Source of the DNA: Glaucostegus cemiculus
Lineage: Eukaryota
Reading direction: 5' to 3'
NCBI GenBank assembly: GCA_976551045.1
Contig: CDPCPM010000056.1
Coordinates: 10,168,001-10,232,000 of the forward strand
Length of the DNA: 64,000 bases
How positions within the stretch are numbered: position 1 is the stretch's first letter; every line of letters begins with the position of its first letter. The notes under the pieces are model-generated. The model worked only from the letters and a program-made list of their open reading frames with translations. It made no database searches and was not told where the DNA came from. The position numbers and the translations under genes are program-made. Of this stretch, positions 24,116-37,377 are shown piece by piece.

Positions 24116-24364
24116 GGGCGGCATGGTAGCATTTGGGGTGGCACGGTAGCATAACGCTATTACAGCACCAGCGATCAGATATCAATTCCTACTGCTGTCT
24201 GTAAGGAGTTTGTACGTTCTCCCTGTGACTGTGTGGATTTGCTCCAGCTGCTCCGGTTTCCTCCCACATTCCAGAGATGTATGGGTTAGTAGGTTAACAC
24301 GGGTGTAATTGGGTGGCGCAAGTTTGTTGGGCCGGAAGGCCTGTTACCCTGCTGTATAAATAAA
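24116..24364 (+). mobile_element. V-SINE (HE1-like, tRNA-derived head, V-domain, LINE-like tail)
   Basis: gggcggca...gtagc head; gagtttgtacgttctccc...ccggtttcctcccaca V-domain; gggccggaaggcctgtt...ctgta tail. Confidence 0.85.
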
Positions 24365-24484
24365 GTTAAAGAATTTAGAGAGATAGTGTCAGGGCCAGTT
24401 TTCTTGCCTGCAGGTTCCTTTAAGGACCCTGCTCCCATGTTCAGAGGGGAAGGTAATGTAATAATGATAGGTAATTGGTCTTTT

Positions 24485-24735
24485 AAAATTAAAAAACTGT
24501 ATTTACAGTGGTAACAGGCCCTTTCGGCCCAACAAGTCCGCGCCGCCCATTTTAAACCCCCAAATTAACCTACCGTACGTCTTTTTAAGAATGTGGGAGG
24601 AAACCAGAGTACTCGGAGGAAACCCACGCAGACACGGGAGAACGTACAAACTCCTTATAGTCAGCGATGGGAATCGAACCCCGATCGCTGGCGCTGTAAC
24701 AGTGTTGCACTAACCGCTACACTATCGTGCCGCCC
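24485..24735 (-). mobile_element. V-SINE (HE1-like), well preserved
   Basis: Minus strand gggcggcacgatagtgtagcggttag (A box), ggttcgattccc (B box), V-domain, tail. Confidence 0.9.
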
Positions 24736-25021
24736 TTTTGTGTCAGAGCTGGCTAGTTCTGATGTAAGGTCATCCACCTCTAACATTAATTCACTTTTTC
24801 TCGCACCAAAGATGCTGCCTGTTCTGGTTATTTCCAGCATTCTCTTTTGATTCAGGTTTCCAGCCAACATATTCCTTTATAAAGTGCAGCACCTTAACAT
24901 TTTGAGTGGAATATTGAAAGGTTTGTTTTTTAGTGAAACTGAAAGGAAAATTGGTTTAGTTATAGTTGTCCTTCATGAGCTCTTTGAAACTATTTTTGCT
25001 GAATAATTTTTTCTCCCATAG

Positions 25022-25121
25022 ACAGTGCAAAGATGGATTGCAAGAGAGAGATGCGAAAATCATTGACATGGACCAGGCACTTAAAGACAGGCAATGGGAG
25101 CTCCAACAGAGGGCAGCTCGG
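25022..25121 (+). CDS. CCDC18: CCDC18-like exon (100 nt, phase 2-0)
   Basis: cccatag|A CAG ... CGG|gtaatc; [33 protein letters not shown] (CCDC18 motif MDQALKERNWELKQRAAQ). Confidence 0.92.
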
Positions 25122-25599
25122 GTAATCCATGAAACAAATTGATTTTTATTCAATAAATGATGCTCAGTATTTTTCCTAAAGTTGTTATTTTTCAGTTAAT
25201 AATTAATATATATTTTCCATGTTACTCACTGTATCCATCAATCTTTGCCTAATTTTTTGTTGGTATGAGTTAAGTGGTCAATCATTTAAAATGCATGTTG
25301 AATAGTTTCTTTATTTATTCTGAGAAGTATTTCAGTGGTTAACTGATTACTTTGGTAGAGCAGTAGTTAGTAATGAATGGGGAAATTTAAATTGATACAT
25401 TGAGGGGACCAATGTGACATTTTGAAGGTGTTGGAACTTTGCTATTTGAGATGTAGGATGACTTTGGTTCTCTAATCTGAAGAATGAGAAAATCTGGTTT
25501 AGTTTTTTTTGTAGCTATTTGATCTAAATTGAGCCAATTATGTTTGCAGTGCAAGAATTAAGGATCAGCGTTTAACAGGGTTTTCATTATTGACTGTTG

Positions 25600-27560
25600 G
25601 ATGCATTTAGAAGTTCAGGAAGCATCAACAGAAGAGAAAGAGAGTTGATGTTTCAATCACGGACCCTTCATCAGAACTGGTAAAGAAAGAAAACAAATGA
25701 CTTTTGAGTTGCAGAGAGGTGGAAGTGGTGTTGATAGTGGAGGAGGGTGCTGTGCAGAGAACAGAAGAAATTTCTGTGATACAATGCATATCAAACTTGT
25801 CATGATAATGATTATTTCAGAGAGAAAAGATAAATGAAGCAAATTAAAACAGGAAGGTACAACCACATCTGTGGAGAGGACAAAATGGACTACTGAAATT
25901 AATAAATTCAGTATTAAATCTCGATGGCCTCATTGTACTCAGAGAAAGGATAAGGTGCTGCTTCTCAAACTTATGCTGGAACAACGTAAGAGGTTGAGAA
26001 CAGAAATGTCAGAGTGCAAGAATTAAAGTGCTGGAGATTGGAAGCCCGGCATAACCTGTGCGGCTTGAACAAAAGTGTTTTGTAAAGTGAGTACCCAACT
26101 GTGACTGGTTTCTCCAGTATGGAAGTGACCATGTTGTGAGCAGTGTGTTAAATTGGAAGGAGTACAAGTGAATTGCTGTGTCACCTGGAAAGACTGACTG
26201 GGTCCTTGGATGGTGGGAGAGCTAAAAGGGCAGGTCTTGTATCTCCTGTGGTTGCATGGGAAAATGTAGTGAGAAAGTGAGCATTTGGTGGAGATGGAAG
26301 AATGGACTGAGGAATTGCAGAGAAAATGGACTCTCGTGAATGCTGCTAGGGGAAGGGAGGAGAGTGGAAGATGTGTTTGTTCGAGGTGGCAGAAACAATG
26401 GCGGATGATCTATTGAGTTTGGAGGCTGATGGAGTGGAAGGTGAGGGCATGGAAAATACTATCTGTCTTATTGTTGGAATAAAAGGGAGTGATGGCAGAG
26501 GTGTGGGAAATAAAGGAGACTCAGTTGAGGGCCTTGTCAACTATGAAAGAAGGAAAGCCACTGTTAAGGAAAAAGAAATACCACTGAAGAGCACTTGATG
26601 TGGAAAGTCTCATCATCGGAGCAGGTACAACAGGGAAACTGAGAGAATAGAAGAGAGTCTTTTTAAGAAGTAGATGGAAGGAGATGCAGTGGAGGTCAGT
26701 GAGCTTAAACTGGATACAGAAAGTTGGAGGTAGGGATGTCTAGAAAAGGGAAGGGTCAAATATGGGCCACGTGAGTGTGAGGGCAGAATGGAAATGAAAT
26801 GGCAGCAAAGGTAATGAAATTTTTTTAGGAATGCAGAAGGCAGTACCAATAACAAAAAAATTGAAGGATAGGACCTGAATAGGACTGAGGCAGAGATCAT
26901 TCCTAACAAAGGTCCACGTGAGTTCTCTCTAACTTGGAGAAAGGGAATGGAGTTGAAGTTATTCAACATGAGAATGAGTTCAGCCAGGCAAAGGCTGGCT
27001 GAGGAATGGAGGAAGAATACTTAGACCTCTGTTCAAGGAAGAAATGAAACACCCTCAGAGCATCCTCTTATGGAGGGATTGGATGTCTATTGTAAAGGAG
27101 AGTTGGTTGGGACCAGGAAAATGGAAACTGTCAAGTCATACAAGAGCAAGCTGAAACAATAGATCTACCAGGACAGCTGTCTGTGGATCTTGCAAAAGAG
27201 GTAGAAGGAGTTGGTGACCTATGAGGCTGCAGGCAACTCCACAGATGCTGCCTGACCTGTTGTGTATTTCTAGCGTTCTCTTTTGTTTCATGCTTCCAGC
27301 CGGCAGATTCCTTTGTAACTTTTTTCTCTAGCTGCTGATACCTAAGTATTCATGTGGCCAGGAAAGCATTTGTCAGTACCCTAACACAGATATTTCCTCC
27401 CCACCCTTCCCACTTCTTGCAATTTAAAACTGTTTTCTTATTGTCACAGCTCTGATGAAGGATCCATGACCCAAAACATCAACTCTTGTTTTCTCTCCAC
27501 CATTGCTGCCTGACCTGTTGAAAGCTTCCACATTTTCTGTTTTTGCTTTGGAATTGCACT
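25600..27560 (-). mobile_element. Degenerate Penelope-like element with inverted pLTRs at both ends
   Basis: pLTR on - strand at about 25600-25720 and on + strand at about 27400-27550; internal GIY-YIG/RT-like remnants parallel to 5105-6700. Confidence 0.7.
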
Positions 27561-27942
27561 TTTTTTTAGTGTATTTTTTTATTATAAATGTGGCCTTAAT
27601 GATTTGGATAAATTACCACTCATTTAGGTGATTGCGAAATTATCACAGAATTTTTAGGTAGCTTTGGAACTAAAATTATTTCCAATTTTCTTTTTGGGAA
27701 TCATAAACTGGCTAATATCTCTTAATAAGAATACATATCAGTGCCTTCATTGTATTATTCCATTTAGGCAAGGATTATACAATGTGCAATTAATTAATCC
27801 ATATTCAGTTTGTTAGCATCTTTGAAGTTTCAATTCTTGTTGCCAATTTCATTTTGCTGTATAAGACTTTAGTTTAAATAGAAAATAAAATTATGAAGTT
27901 TAATATTAGTTTAATCTCACATAAATATTACTTACTTCGCAG

Positions 27943-28059
27943 CTTACACAATTGGATATGGATGTTCGTGAACACAAAACTGAGATGGAGCAGAAAATTA
28001 TTTATTTACAAAGTTCTTTGGAGAAATCGGAATTGACTATTAAGGAACGCAATAAACAG
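27943..28059 (+). CDS. CCDC18: CCDC18-like exon (117 nt)
   Basis: tcgcag|CTT ... CAG|gtttga; [39 protein letters not shown]. Confidence 0.92.
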
Positions 28060-29742
28060 GTTTGATGTGCCTCCTTCTTAAACATAAAATGCTTAACTTT
28101 GTCTTCAAAATTAAGCCAGATAATCTCTGAGTGGCCCCTTAAAATAGGACATTAGATATTCCACTTTAGCTTTATCACTGTAGAAACAAGAAGTCAAGAC
28201 TTACCATAAAGTAGGGCATCTTTAATCAATGATGGGAAGATTACTCTTTCCAGCAATCCTATTTGCCTGGATTTTGCTGGGCATCGCAGGCAGGTCAGTG
28301 TGAAATGACATTTATCAACATAAGTACTGTTGAGTTTCAAGATTTCTGTATTCTTGCAGAAGTCAAGAACTTGCTGATCAAGTTGCATGGAGTCCAATGG
28401 CAGATCAAAGGCTTACTGGGATCCCCAGCATTTACACAGAAGACTGTTTTTGGATCCTGTGCAGCATCTGTGACCCCATTGTTGTATGGTAGTCTTCAGA
28501 GGAGAAAAGGAAGTTAGTTATTTAAAAAAAAATTCACTTGGTTCATGGTATTAAATCATTGAAGTATATTTAAGTATTTTTAAAATAAGTGATCTTAATT
28601 TAATAAAAATACTGAGACATACTTCACTTTTAACATATTTGAATGTTTCTGAATTGTGAATATCAGTGACATTTGGAAACATTCAAAACTGTGACTATTT
28701 TGACAGATAGCTAAGCCTACTGTTTTTGTACAAATATCGGTTATTTAAGTATTGAGACATGAGAACTAGCTGTCATGAAACTTAAAAGGTAGGGCTGATT
28801 CTGGTCTACTTTTGTAAAGCAGTCATACTGTTTGAGGTCTTGCTGTTTCTAAGGTCCTTACTGCTTGGTGCTAAGGTAGTCTGAGCCAGTGAGCAGCCTT
28901 CTGGATCCAGAGAAATTAAGTTCCAGAGAACATGGGCAGTGGGTCCTACTCAGAAAATCAGGACATGCATAAGTATGTTGTAGAATTGTTGTCATCATTT
29001 ATTATTCCCTTTAGGTTTCAGGTGATATTTGATTGCTTTTTAGTTACTTTCATGATGGCAGATTGTGATGTTTCAATATTTATTTGGAAAGTAACTGATC
29101 TTTGTGCAAAAAGAAAAAGGAATCCACTTTCAGTATTTTATTGTATCACATTCAGTAACATGAGTTTGCAGTTCATTAATATATCAGTTTTGTCTGTTTT
29201 TTTAATTGAATTCTGGAGCATGCTTTCTCTACTTGTGATATCCAGTGTGCCCAAAAATGAGAAGCATTCTTGGTAGGACAGTATAAGATCTGAGTGCCTG
29301 AGGACATTTAAAGTGAAGGCAAGATAGTTTGGAGAGGATTACCACATGTGTCTGTGTTGTCAGTGATTGCAGCTTACTGAAAGAGCGTATCAGAATTAAT
29401 GTGAACATTAGAGGAGGGATTTGAGGTATTTTGGACAATTGATCAAATCAGTTCAACTGAAATAATTCAGAGATGCTCGGTAGTGCAGATATCTCTGAGC
29501 TTATCTAGAGTAGCTAAAATGTCATTTCAGTAGGCAAAAACAAAATGTTATTTCTTTTCTTTAATGATGTATTGTTTGAGGGAAAATGCTCATTCTGTAT
29601 TTGCTGCTTTAAGGTATACAGCTGAGCAGTAAATATGTCTATTCTTTCATATTTCTCTTTCTACCTCTCCCTCTACCCCATCCGAACACCCAAATTGCCT
29701 CCCAATACTGAGACTAATTTTAACATAATTTTCTATGGACAG

Positions 29743-29886
29743 GTGGAAACTTTGGATGAAAAGCTACAGCTCACACAAGAACAGTTATGCGAAAAAGACT
29801 TTGTACTGCTACAGAAGGAACAGCAAATAAATCAGCTGAAAAGTGAGGTTGAAGGAAAGCATTTACAGATTGAAAAATACGAGCAG
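29743..29886 (+). CDS. CCDC18: CCDC18-like exon (144 nt)
   Basis: gacag|GTG ... CAG|gtagaa; VETLDEKLQLTQEQLCEKDFVLLQKEQQINQLKSEVEGKHLQIEKYEQ. Confidence 0.88.
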
Positions 29887-30444
29887 GTAGAAGTACCCAA
29901 GTAATGCTTAAGCAACACAAACCTGTATAGGTCATAGGATCTTTAATGTGGAAAAGCATCCCAAGGTATTTAAGAAATTAGAGGAAAAAAATCGTAAATT
30001 AGGAAAGACAACAAAAATATATTTGGTTAATCTATTGTTTTTAAAGGAGATGAGGGAGAAGGAGGATAGAAAGGACTGAGAAATAAAGTATCAAAGACTT
30101 GGACTAAAGCAGCTGAACATACATTTGCCAGTGATGGCCTAAAGGAAAGGGCAGGGAGCTTCATAAGATCCTAATACCAGGGAACATTGTAGGGTGGGGA
30201 AGATGATGGATTAGAGGAAATTATTGAATTGAGGATTGAAACCATTGAGGATCTTTAAGACAAGGGGAGAAGTGTTAAATAACAGGTAGTAGAGGATTGG
30301 AAGCCAATATAGATAAGTAAAATTGGGCAAGGAAGGCGCTTGATTACAGGAGCAGGGTTTTGGGATTATGGCGCTGGGAGACCAAAAGAGTGTAAGAATA
30401 ATCAAAGCTGGAGATGGTTTGATATTTCCTTAAATTCTGCAGGG

Positions 30445-30557
30445 AGAACAAAATAATCTTCCACGAAACAACAAATTTCACGTCATCTAAGTCAGTGATA
30501 ATAATTCTGATTCTAAATCTGATTCTGATTCTAAATCTGATTCTGATTCTAATCTGA
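30445..30557 (+). repeat. Short Rex1 3' tail with expanded (CTGATT/CTAAAT) microsatellite
   Basis: aacaaatttcacgtcat...gataataattctgattctaaatctgattctgattctaaatctgattctgattct. Confidence 0.7.
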
Positions 30558-30788
30558 TGTAGTTTTATGACAAATCGTGGCTCTGTATTGCCCCAGTATC
30601 AAACAACATGGGATTTCCATATTTTTTGTTCAGCTTTGAGCTATTTAAATAAGAACTCTGTGTACTAACTTAAATGTAGAACAACTTTGCAATATCTGGA
30701 GTACCACACTGTAAAAAGATATAGCCATCATCCTGGCTACGCCTTAAAATTTTGGGACTTGCTACTCACTGACTTGTTTTACTCTCAG

Positions 30789-30992
30789 ATTCTAAAAAGT
30801 AAGGAGCAGTGCATTTTAAAACAACAGCAGGAGGTATTAGGTGAAAGTCAACAAGTGCGCCTAGCTCGTGAACAAATGCAACACTGTCACCTGGAATTGA
30901 GGGAGACTCAGCAACGGCTAGCTCAGGTACAAAGAGAGGCAGACCGTTTAACTCTTGCGCTGGATGAAACTATTCAACTATCTCGTGAAAAG
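30789..30992 (+). CDS. CCDC18: CCDC18-like exon (204 nt)
   Basis: ctctcag|ATT ... AAG|gtaact; ILKSKEQCILKQQQEVLGESQQVRLAREQMQHCHLELRETQQRLAQVQREADRLTLALDETIQLSREK. Confidence 0.9.
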
Positions 30993-31659
30993 GTAACTAT
31001 GAAAAGTGGTCTACTTGAGGCAATGAAACAAAAGATAACCTTGTGTTGCAATAACTAGAAGGAAACTGGCTTTTGCCAAAGATAGCTATACAGGCCAATT
31101 TGGGTTACTAATACAATATAAAAGGTTTATATCTAAACTGCTATGTCTTAGTGTGACAATCTCTGTTGTGATTCTAGGAAAAACTGGGAAAATTGCACCA
31201 AATGTAGAGATTTATAACTTAGGTGGCTAGGAAATTAAGTTGTGAAGAGGACTTAAAGCAGACAATATGGTAATGATTGGTCTTCATTTATAGATAGAAT
31301 AAGTAAATACCATTGCAGTAGCAATACCAATACCATTGAACACCAAGGGTAGGTGGTGAAACTCTTGTGGGAGATGGTCACTCCCTGGCACAAATGTTAT
31401 GCCACAGCATGCTGGGGGTGCTGTCACCATGCCTGAATGTTGTTGGGGGGTCTCGCTACTTGTGGGCACAGACTTTAGTTCAGAGGTTGTGAATGAAAAG
31501 GAAAATTGTGCATGCCTCCTGAGCATCCCCATTTCTGAATTAACAGCAGTTATTTTAATGCTTCAACAATTACTAGACTGGCTGTGAAGGAGGGGGCTTC
31601 CGGAGACATTAGGGGGCTCATACCTTGCTTGGCAGAGTCTGACAGTTTCTCAAATTTCT

Positions 31660-33590
31660 GACAATATGCAGAAAAGATAAATAATAATTTCACCAACGAC
31701 AGGGATGTGAGGCGCCTGTGGAAGGGAATCCAGGTCATCACTGACTACAAAACTCCACCCCAGGTTTGTGATGGTGACTCATCCCTACCAGACCAGTTGA
31801 ATGAATTTTATGCAAGGTTTGAGGCCATGAACAATACACCTGCCTCGAAAGCCCGGCCTTCGCCAGAAGAACAGGCTTTGAGTCTCACCCCAGCCAGTGT
31901 GGGGAAAGCCCTTTTACAGGTTAACCCTCGGAAAGCTGCGGGACCGGATAACATACCGGGGCGGATACTTAGGGACTGTGCGGACCAGCTTAAAGATGTA
32001 CTGGCTGACATCTTCAACATCTCCCTACAGCAGGCTGTTGTTCCTAAGTGCCTAAAATCTGCCACCATCATACCTGTTCCTAAGAAGTCTCCTCCAATGT
32101 GTCTGAATGACTACCGTCCCATAGCTCTAACTCCGATTGTCATGAAATGCTTTGAGAGGCTAGTTATGAAGCACATTAGAGCCATCCTCCCCCCATCCTT
32201 GGATCCTCATCAGTATGCTTATCGGGCAAACAGGTCCACCGATGATGCAGTCTCCTCTGCCATGCACTCTGCACTATATCACTTAGAGAAGAAGGATTCA
32301 TACTGCTGACTGCTATTCATCGACTTCAGCTCCACTTTCAATACCATCATCCTGCAACAGCTAATCAGGAAGTTGAGCGCTCTGGGCATTAACTCTCCTC
32401 TCTGTACTGGATACTGGATTTTCTAACTTGCAGGCCGCAGTCAGTCAAAATTGGTGAAAACACCTCAAGCACCATCACACTGAGCACTGGCTTCCCACAG
32501 GGTTGTGTGCTCAGTCCGCTCCTGTTCACCTTGTTGACTCACGACTGTGAGGCCAGATCCAGCTCCAACCGCATTGTTAAATTTGCTGATGACACGACAG
32601 TGGTGGGTCTTGTCACGAATGATGATGAGTCAGACTACAGAGAGGAGGTGAAACAACTAGCCGTGTGGTGCTATGACAACAACCTCTCCTTGAATGTGGA
32701 TAAAACCAAGGAGATGGTGACCCTTCCTAAAATCCACTATCGTGTGCACGCCCTGCTGACCATCAACGGGTCTGCTGTGGAACAAGTATGCAGCACCAAG
32801 TTCCTGGGGGTGCACATGACCGACGACCTGACCTGGTCCACTAACATTACGGCCCTCACGAAGAAAGCTCAGAAACGCCTCTAGTTCCTGCGGAGACTGA
32901 GGAAAGCGTACCCCCCCATCCCTCCGTCATGAAAACCTTCTATAGGGGGACCATTGAGACCATACTAACTCAATATATCACTGTTTGGTTTGGAAGCTGC
33001 TCAGCTGCTGGGCGGAAGTCCCTCCAGAAGATAGTTAGGGCTGCGGAGTGGATCATTGGTGTCTCGCTTCCATCCCTCGCAGACATATACAAAGACCGTT
33101 GTGTGAGGAAGACCAAAAGCATAATGGCCGACCCTTCTCACCCCTCCCACCACCTCTTTACAATTTTGCCATCAGGGAGGAGGCTTAAATGTATCAGGGC
33201 AAGAACGACCAAGCTGAACAATAGCTTCTTTCCGCAAGCCATCAGAACTGCAAACTCTCTCATCCCTCCATCTTCCTTTGTTAACACTAAGAGATGCTAG
33301 GTGCACAGAACTGCACCAGCACTTTAAATGCCTGACACCAGCCCGTTCACTTTAATAACTATTTATTTATTTACCGGCCATTTTTAATTTAATCTGCATA
33401 TTAATTTAATTTTAACTTCCGTAGTTTTTAATGTTTAATGTGTTTTTTTAATGTCTATTCTGTCAAGTGTGTATGTGTGTCTCTGTTGGTTGTTATTTTA
33501 TGGGACGAGCACCTGAGGAGGACGGTATCTCACTCCTATGCATACTATGTATGTATATGGTTGTGACAATAAAACTGATTCTGATTCTGA
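31660..33590 (+). mobile_element. Rex1/Babar LINE, about 1.9 kb 5'-truncated RT copy with stops and frameshifts
   Basis: [48 protein letters not shown]; tail aataaaactgattctgattctga. Confidence 0.92.
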
Positions 33591-33935
33591 AATGAATGAA
33601 GATCTTGCAAATGGAGTATGATGTGGGAAAATATAAAATTGTCCATTTTGGCAAGAAAAATGAAAAGCAAAAGCTAGATGAGGCAATTTTTTTTCTCTCT
33701 TTGAGATTGTTGAGTCTTTGGAACTGTCTTCCTTAAAAGCTGATGGAAGCAGAGTCTTTGAATATTTTAAGGTAGCAATAAATTAATTCTTGATAATCAA
33801 GGGAATGAAAGGTTAATGCAGACAGATAGGAATACGGAGATGAGGTTACAGTCAGATTAGCTATGATTTATTGAATGGTAGAGTTGGCTTGAGGGGCTGG
33901 GTGGCCTATTCCTACTACTAGATCATATGTTTCTA
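33590..33935 (+). mobile_element. Old CR1 3' fragment (internally deleted)
   Basis: QMEYDVGKYKIVHFGKKN-like segment joined to a CR1 3'UTR (gagggg...tggcctattcct...atatgtttct). Confidence 0.65.
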
Positions 33936-34538
33936 ACTGACCTTGTCGCAAACTTTGCTTAACAATTGAAATTTCATGTATGGATCTGAATTATAAATTT
34001 CCATTACGTAAACTTAAGATTTGGTGTATTTCCCTTTACAATAAAGTTCATCATGATTGTAAATGTGAATACCAATGCTTTCCCCTAGAGAGAATGAAAC
34101 ATTCATTAGGAATTTAAAATCCAGTGCCAGTAATAGGTAACCAGATTTGGCATAACATCAAATGAAATGTTAGATTCTCTGCACTATGATATTGGTACGT
34201 GCCACTTTTTAACCCACTTCACCACCTTTCCATGAAGATTCGATTACATAAGCGACACCAATACTTATGATTAATATTTGATTTTAGGGAGGCATATTTA
34301 ACGATTGGAGGCAGTGAGCTCAAGCTGAGGTCAACAATACACACTGTTAGCAGAGGTCACTCAGTGAATCTTGAGTGATGTTAATTGTGTGTGATGATGC
34401 TTTTCCAAGCAAAGATTATTTCTATTTGTGAACATAGCTATATAAAAAAACTCTTAGTATCTTGTTTTCATATAATCTAAGAACTTTCATAATCTAATAA
34501 TTCAGTAATTCACTTCTGATGATGATTGCTGCCTCCAG

Positions 34539-34676
34539 GAAGCTGATGCTGTTCACCTTGCAGAAGACTTGTCTGCCGCTCAGGCTCGAGAAGCTCAATT
34601 AGAAATCAAGACTCGGGCAGAGATAAAGAAGTTAAAAGAATTGGTGGAACACTTGAAGAATGCTCACGAGAAAGAG
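34539..34676 (+). CDS. CCDC18: CCDC18-like exon (138 nt)
   Basis: ctccag|GAA ... GAG|gttggg; EADAVHLAEDLSAAQAREAQLEIKTRAEIKKLKELVEHLKNAHEKE. Confidence 0.88.
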
Positions 34677-35109
34677 GTTGGGTTCAATTTATTCAATCAA
34701 AAATGATGGAAACCTATTAGTAATATGGTACTTGTATCAGTTTAAAAATGCTGGTAAATCTTTAGTATTAAAAATACAACAAAGCAATAGATACATGATG
34801 GTCTTTGCAACAATTTAATGTAGCTATGTGTAAATTTGTTATGATGATTGTATAATATCGTCATATTTTCCTTCCTTGGACTGAAATATAGCCATGAGAT
34901 TTTTAGGCAATTGTTTTTCTCTGTACTTGCAGGCAAATCTGTTCCTGTGTACATTTCCTTTTTATCTTCCCTGTGGAACATACCTATTCTCTGCACAATG
35001 TTTTCAAGGTGACACAACTGAGGCTAAAAATTGTGTTGCTGGGAAATTATGGGCATGGTTAACCCAATGTACTGAAGTTACTTTGTACTTTCTTTTTCTT
35101 GGTGGGCTC

Positions 35110-35315
35110 CTGACTGCTGCCAGGGAGGTGGTGGTAGAGGCTGATACAATAGGGAAATTTAAAAGACTCTTAGATGGGCACATGGATGTAAGGAAAATGA
35201 AGGGTTATGGGCTGTGTAGGAGGGAAGGGTTAGATTGATCATGGGCCCATAGATTGACCATAGATTGACCATTAGATTGACCAAAGGGCCCATATTGTGC
35301 TGTACAGTTCTATGG
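35110..35315 (+). mobile_element. CR1/HER1 3' end with internal (CATAGATTGAC) tandem
   Basis: EVVVEADTIGKFKRLLDGHM; tail aagggcc...gtgctgtacagttctatg. Confidence 0.75.
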
Positions 35316-35349
35316 CAGTGGATATTGTCTATATGGACTCTAAGCTTAG

Positions 35350-36265
35350 TGTAGTCTCCTAGAGTCTCTCCATAGTCTCCACATCCTTCCTGTAATGTGG
35401 TGACCAGAATTACACACAATACTCCAAACGGGGTCTAACCAAAGTTTTATACAGCTGCAACATGACTTGCCAACTTTTATATTCATTGCCCCGACCAAGA
35501 GAGGCAAGTATGTTGTACACCTTCTTTACCACCCTATTTACTTGTGTTGCCACTTTCAGGGAGTTATGGACTTGCACCCCAAGATCAGTGTACATCAAAG
35601 CTCCTCAGAGTCCTTCCATTTACTGTGTACTTTCCTCTTACCTTTGACCTCCCAAAGTGCAATTCCTCACACTTGTCTGGATTAAACCCCATCTGCAATT
35701 TTTTTGCCCATATTTCCAACTGATCTATATCTTACCGTATTCTTTGACAAACTTCCTCACCATCCACAATTCTGCCAATTTTGTGTCATCTGCAAACATA
35801 CTAATGTGCCCACCTACATATTTGTCTAAATCATTTATAGATATCACAGACAGTAGAGATCCCAGCACTGGTCCCTGTGGAACACCATTGGCCACAGACC
35901 TCCAGTCAGAGAAACACCCCTCCAGTACTATCCTCTCTCTTCCATGGCCAAGCCATTCTTGAAAACAATCTACCGAGTCTCTGTGGATCCCATATGCCTT
36001 AGTCTTCTGGATCAGCCTGCCATGAGGGATCGTGTCGAAAGCTTAGAGTCCATATAGACAACATCCACTGCCCTACCTTCATCAACCATCTTCGTCACCT
36101 CCTCAAAAAAAATCAATCAAGTTTGTATAACATGACTTCCCCTGAACAAAGCCATGCTGACTATCCCTAATAAGTCCATGCCTTTCCAGATACAAATAAA
36201 TCCTATTCAATAATTTCCCTACCACTGATGTAAGGCTCACCAACCTATAATTCCCTGGTTTGTCC
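35350..36265 (-). mobile_element. CR1 RT fragment
   Basis: GNYRLVSLTSVVGKL, SQHGFVQGKSCYTNL, LYKTLVRPRLEYCV. Confidence 0.88.
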
Positions 36266-37377
36266 ACATGTTCAATAACCAAAGATAATGACTTAATTGG
36301 AGGGCATTTCAACTTGCCCAGTCTGGCATGTTTGAACAAACATTCTGACAGTTTAGAGGGAAAGGCTTTCTATTTAATTCTAATTTGTCTTTGGACATAA
36401 CCTATTGATCCATTAGGTTTTACGTTGTGTGGTTCTTTTAACTTTATGGTCAAATTGTACCCTGTAAAATGTCATTGCATCAGTGTGCTTTTCAACCTCT
36501 TTGAAGCGATAATAGATGCCCAATTTGGGGTAGTCTTATGAGACCTGAGAAAGTGTAATAGTTCCTTTTTTGAGGATACCAGTTTACCTAATCCATAATA
36601 TTTGAAGGATATCTTCATCTAAAAAGATGAAGACTGCACAAAAGTGTGGAGAATAACTTGTCAATTTTTAAAATCTATTAATGACAATGAATGTTCTCTA
36701 TATGCTGTCTACTACATTTTTTTTTGAAATCTGTATTGTGTCTTTCCTTTCTCAAGTTAACTGAAGATATTAGCTCCTTTCTGGAATACAGTTCCACAGT
36801 TGCTAGTATCTTATTAAGTGGGCATTATTTACGTACATGAAAGTGTTCAGTGGTAGCCTGTTTGACTTGGGTTGTACCATTGTGTGGCCATATCCTGTCC
36901 TATCCTGATGTCCTCAGTGCGATTGCTAGGTAGTGAACATGAGCTGAGAACCTGGCTTGGTCTGTATTGGTTTTTCTTCTTAAACCAGGATGTGGAGGAA
37001 CTAGTTGTTGAACAGCTGCCACTTGAGATTAGCTAAATCAGATTAGAGGCTGAGGTTGGTGGTTTTCTGGCCCCCACATTTCAGTTATTTCACAAATGCA
37101 TTGAGCTGTTGGGGGAGGTTTGAAATTACGTACAACCATGTTGCATTTTATCTCATTCATAAATAAAGCCATATGTTTTTGGCAATTTGTATGTCTTACT
37201 AATATCATTAAATCTGGTTACAGCAAAGCATATATTTCAACATGCCTGAGAAAATTTACATTACAAGGAGAACTCCCAGTCTATTTGATGTGGACTTTCA
37301 CCTTAGTTGTGGAAAGATGGGACAGATTCTAACACTCCAATACCTATCTTTAAAAGTGCATTTTTTTTATGTCACAG

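Noticed and set aside
24660-24735. tRNA-like sequence with A and B boxes
   Set aside because: It is the head of a V-SINE and continues straight into the V-domain; not a tRNA gene.
30505-30557. Short regularly spaced repeats (also 35248-35283)
   Set aside because: LINE tail microsatellite or local slippage with no unique spacers; not CRISPR-like, and the DNA is vertebrate.
36830-37110. Possible ancient SINE on the - strand
   Set aside because: Resembles an old chondrichthyan SINE but too degenerate to name or bound without a profile search.
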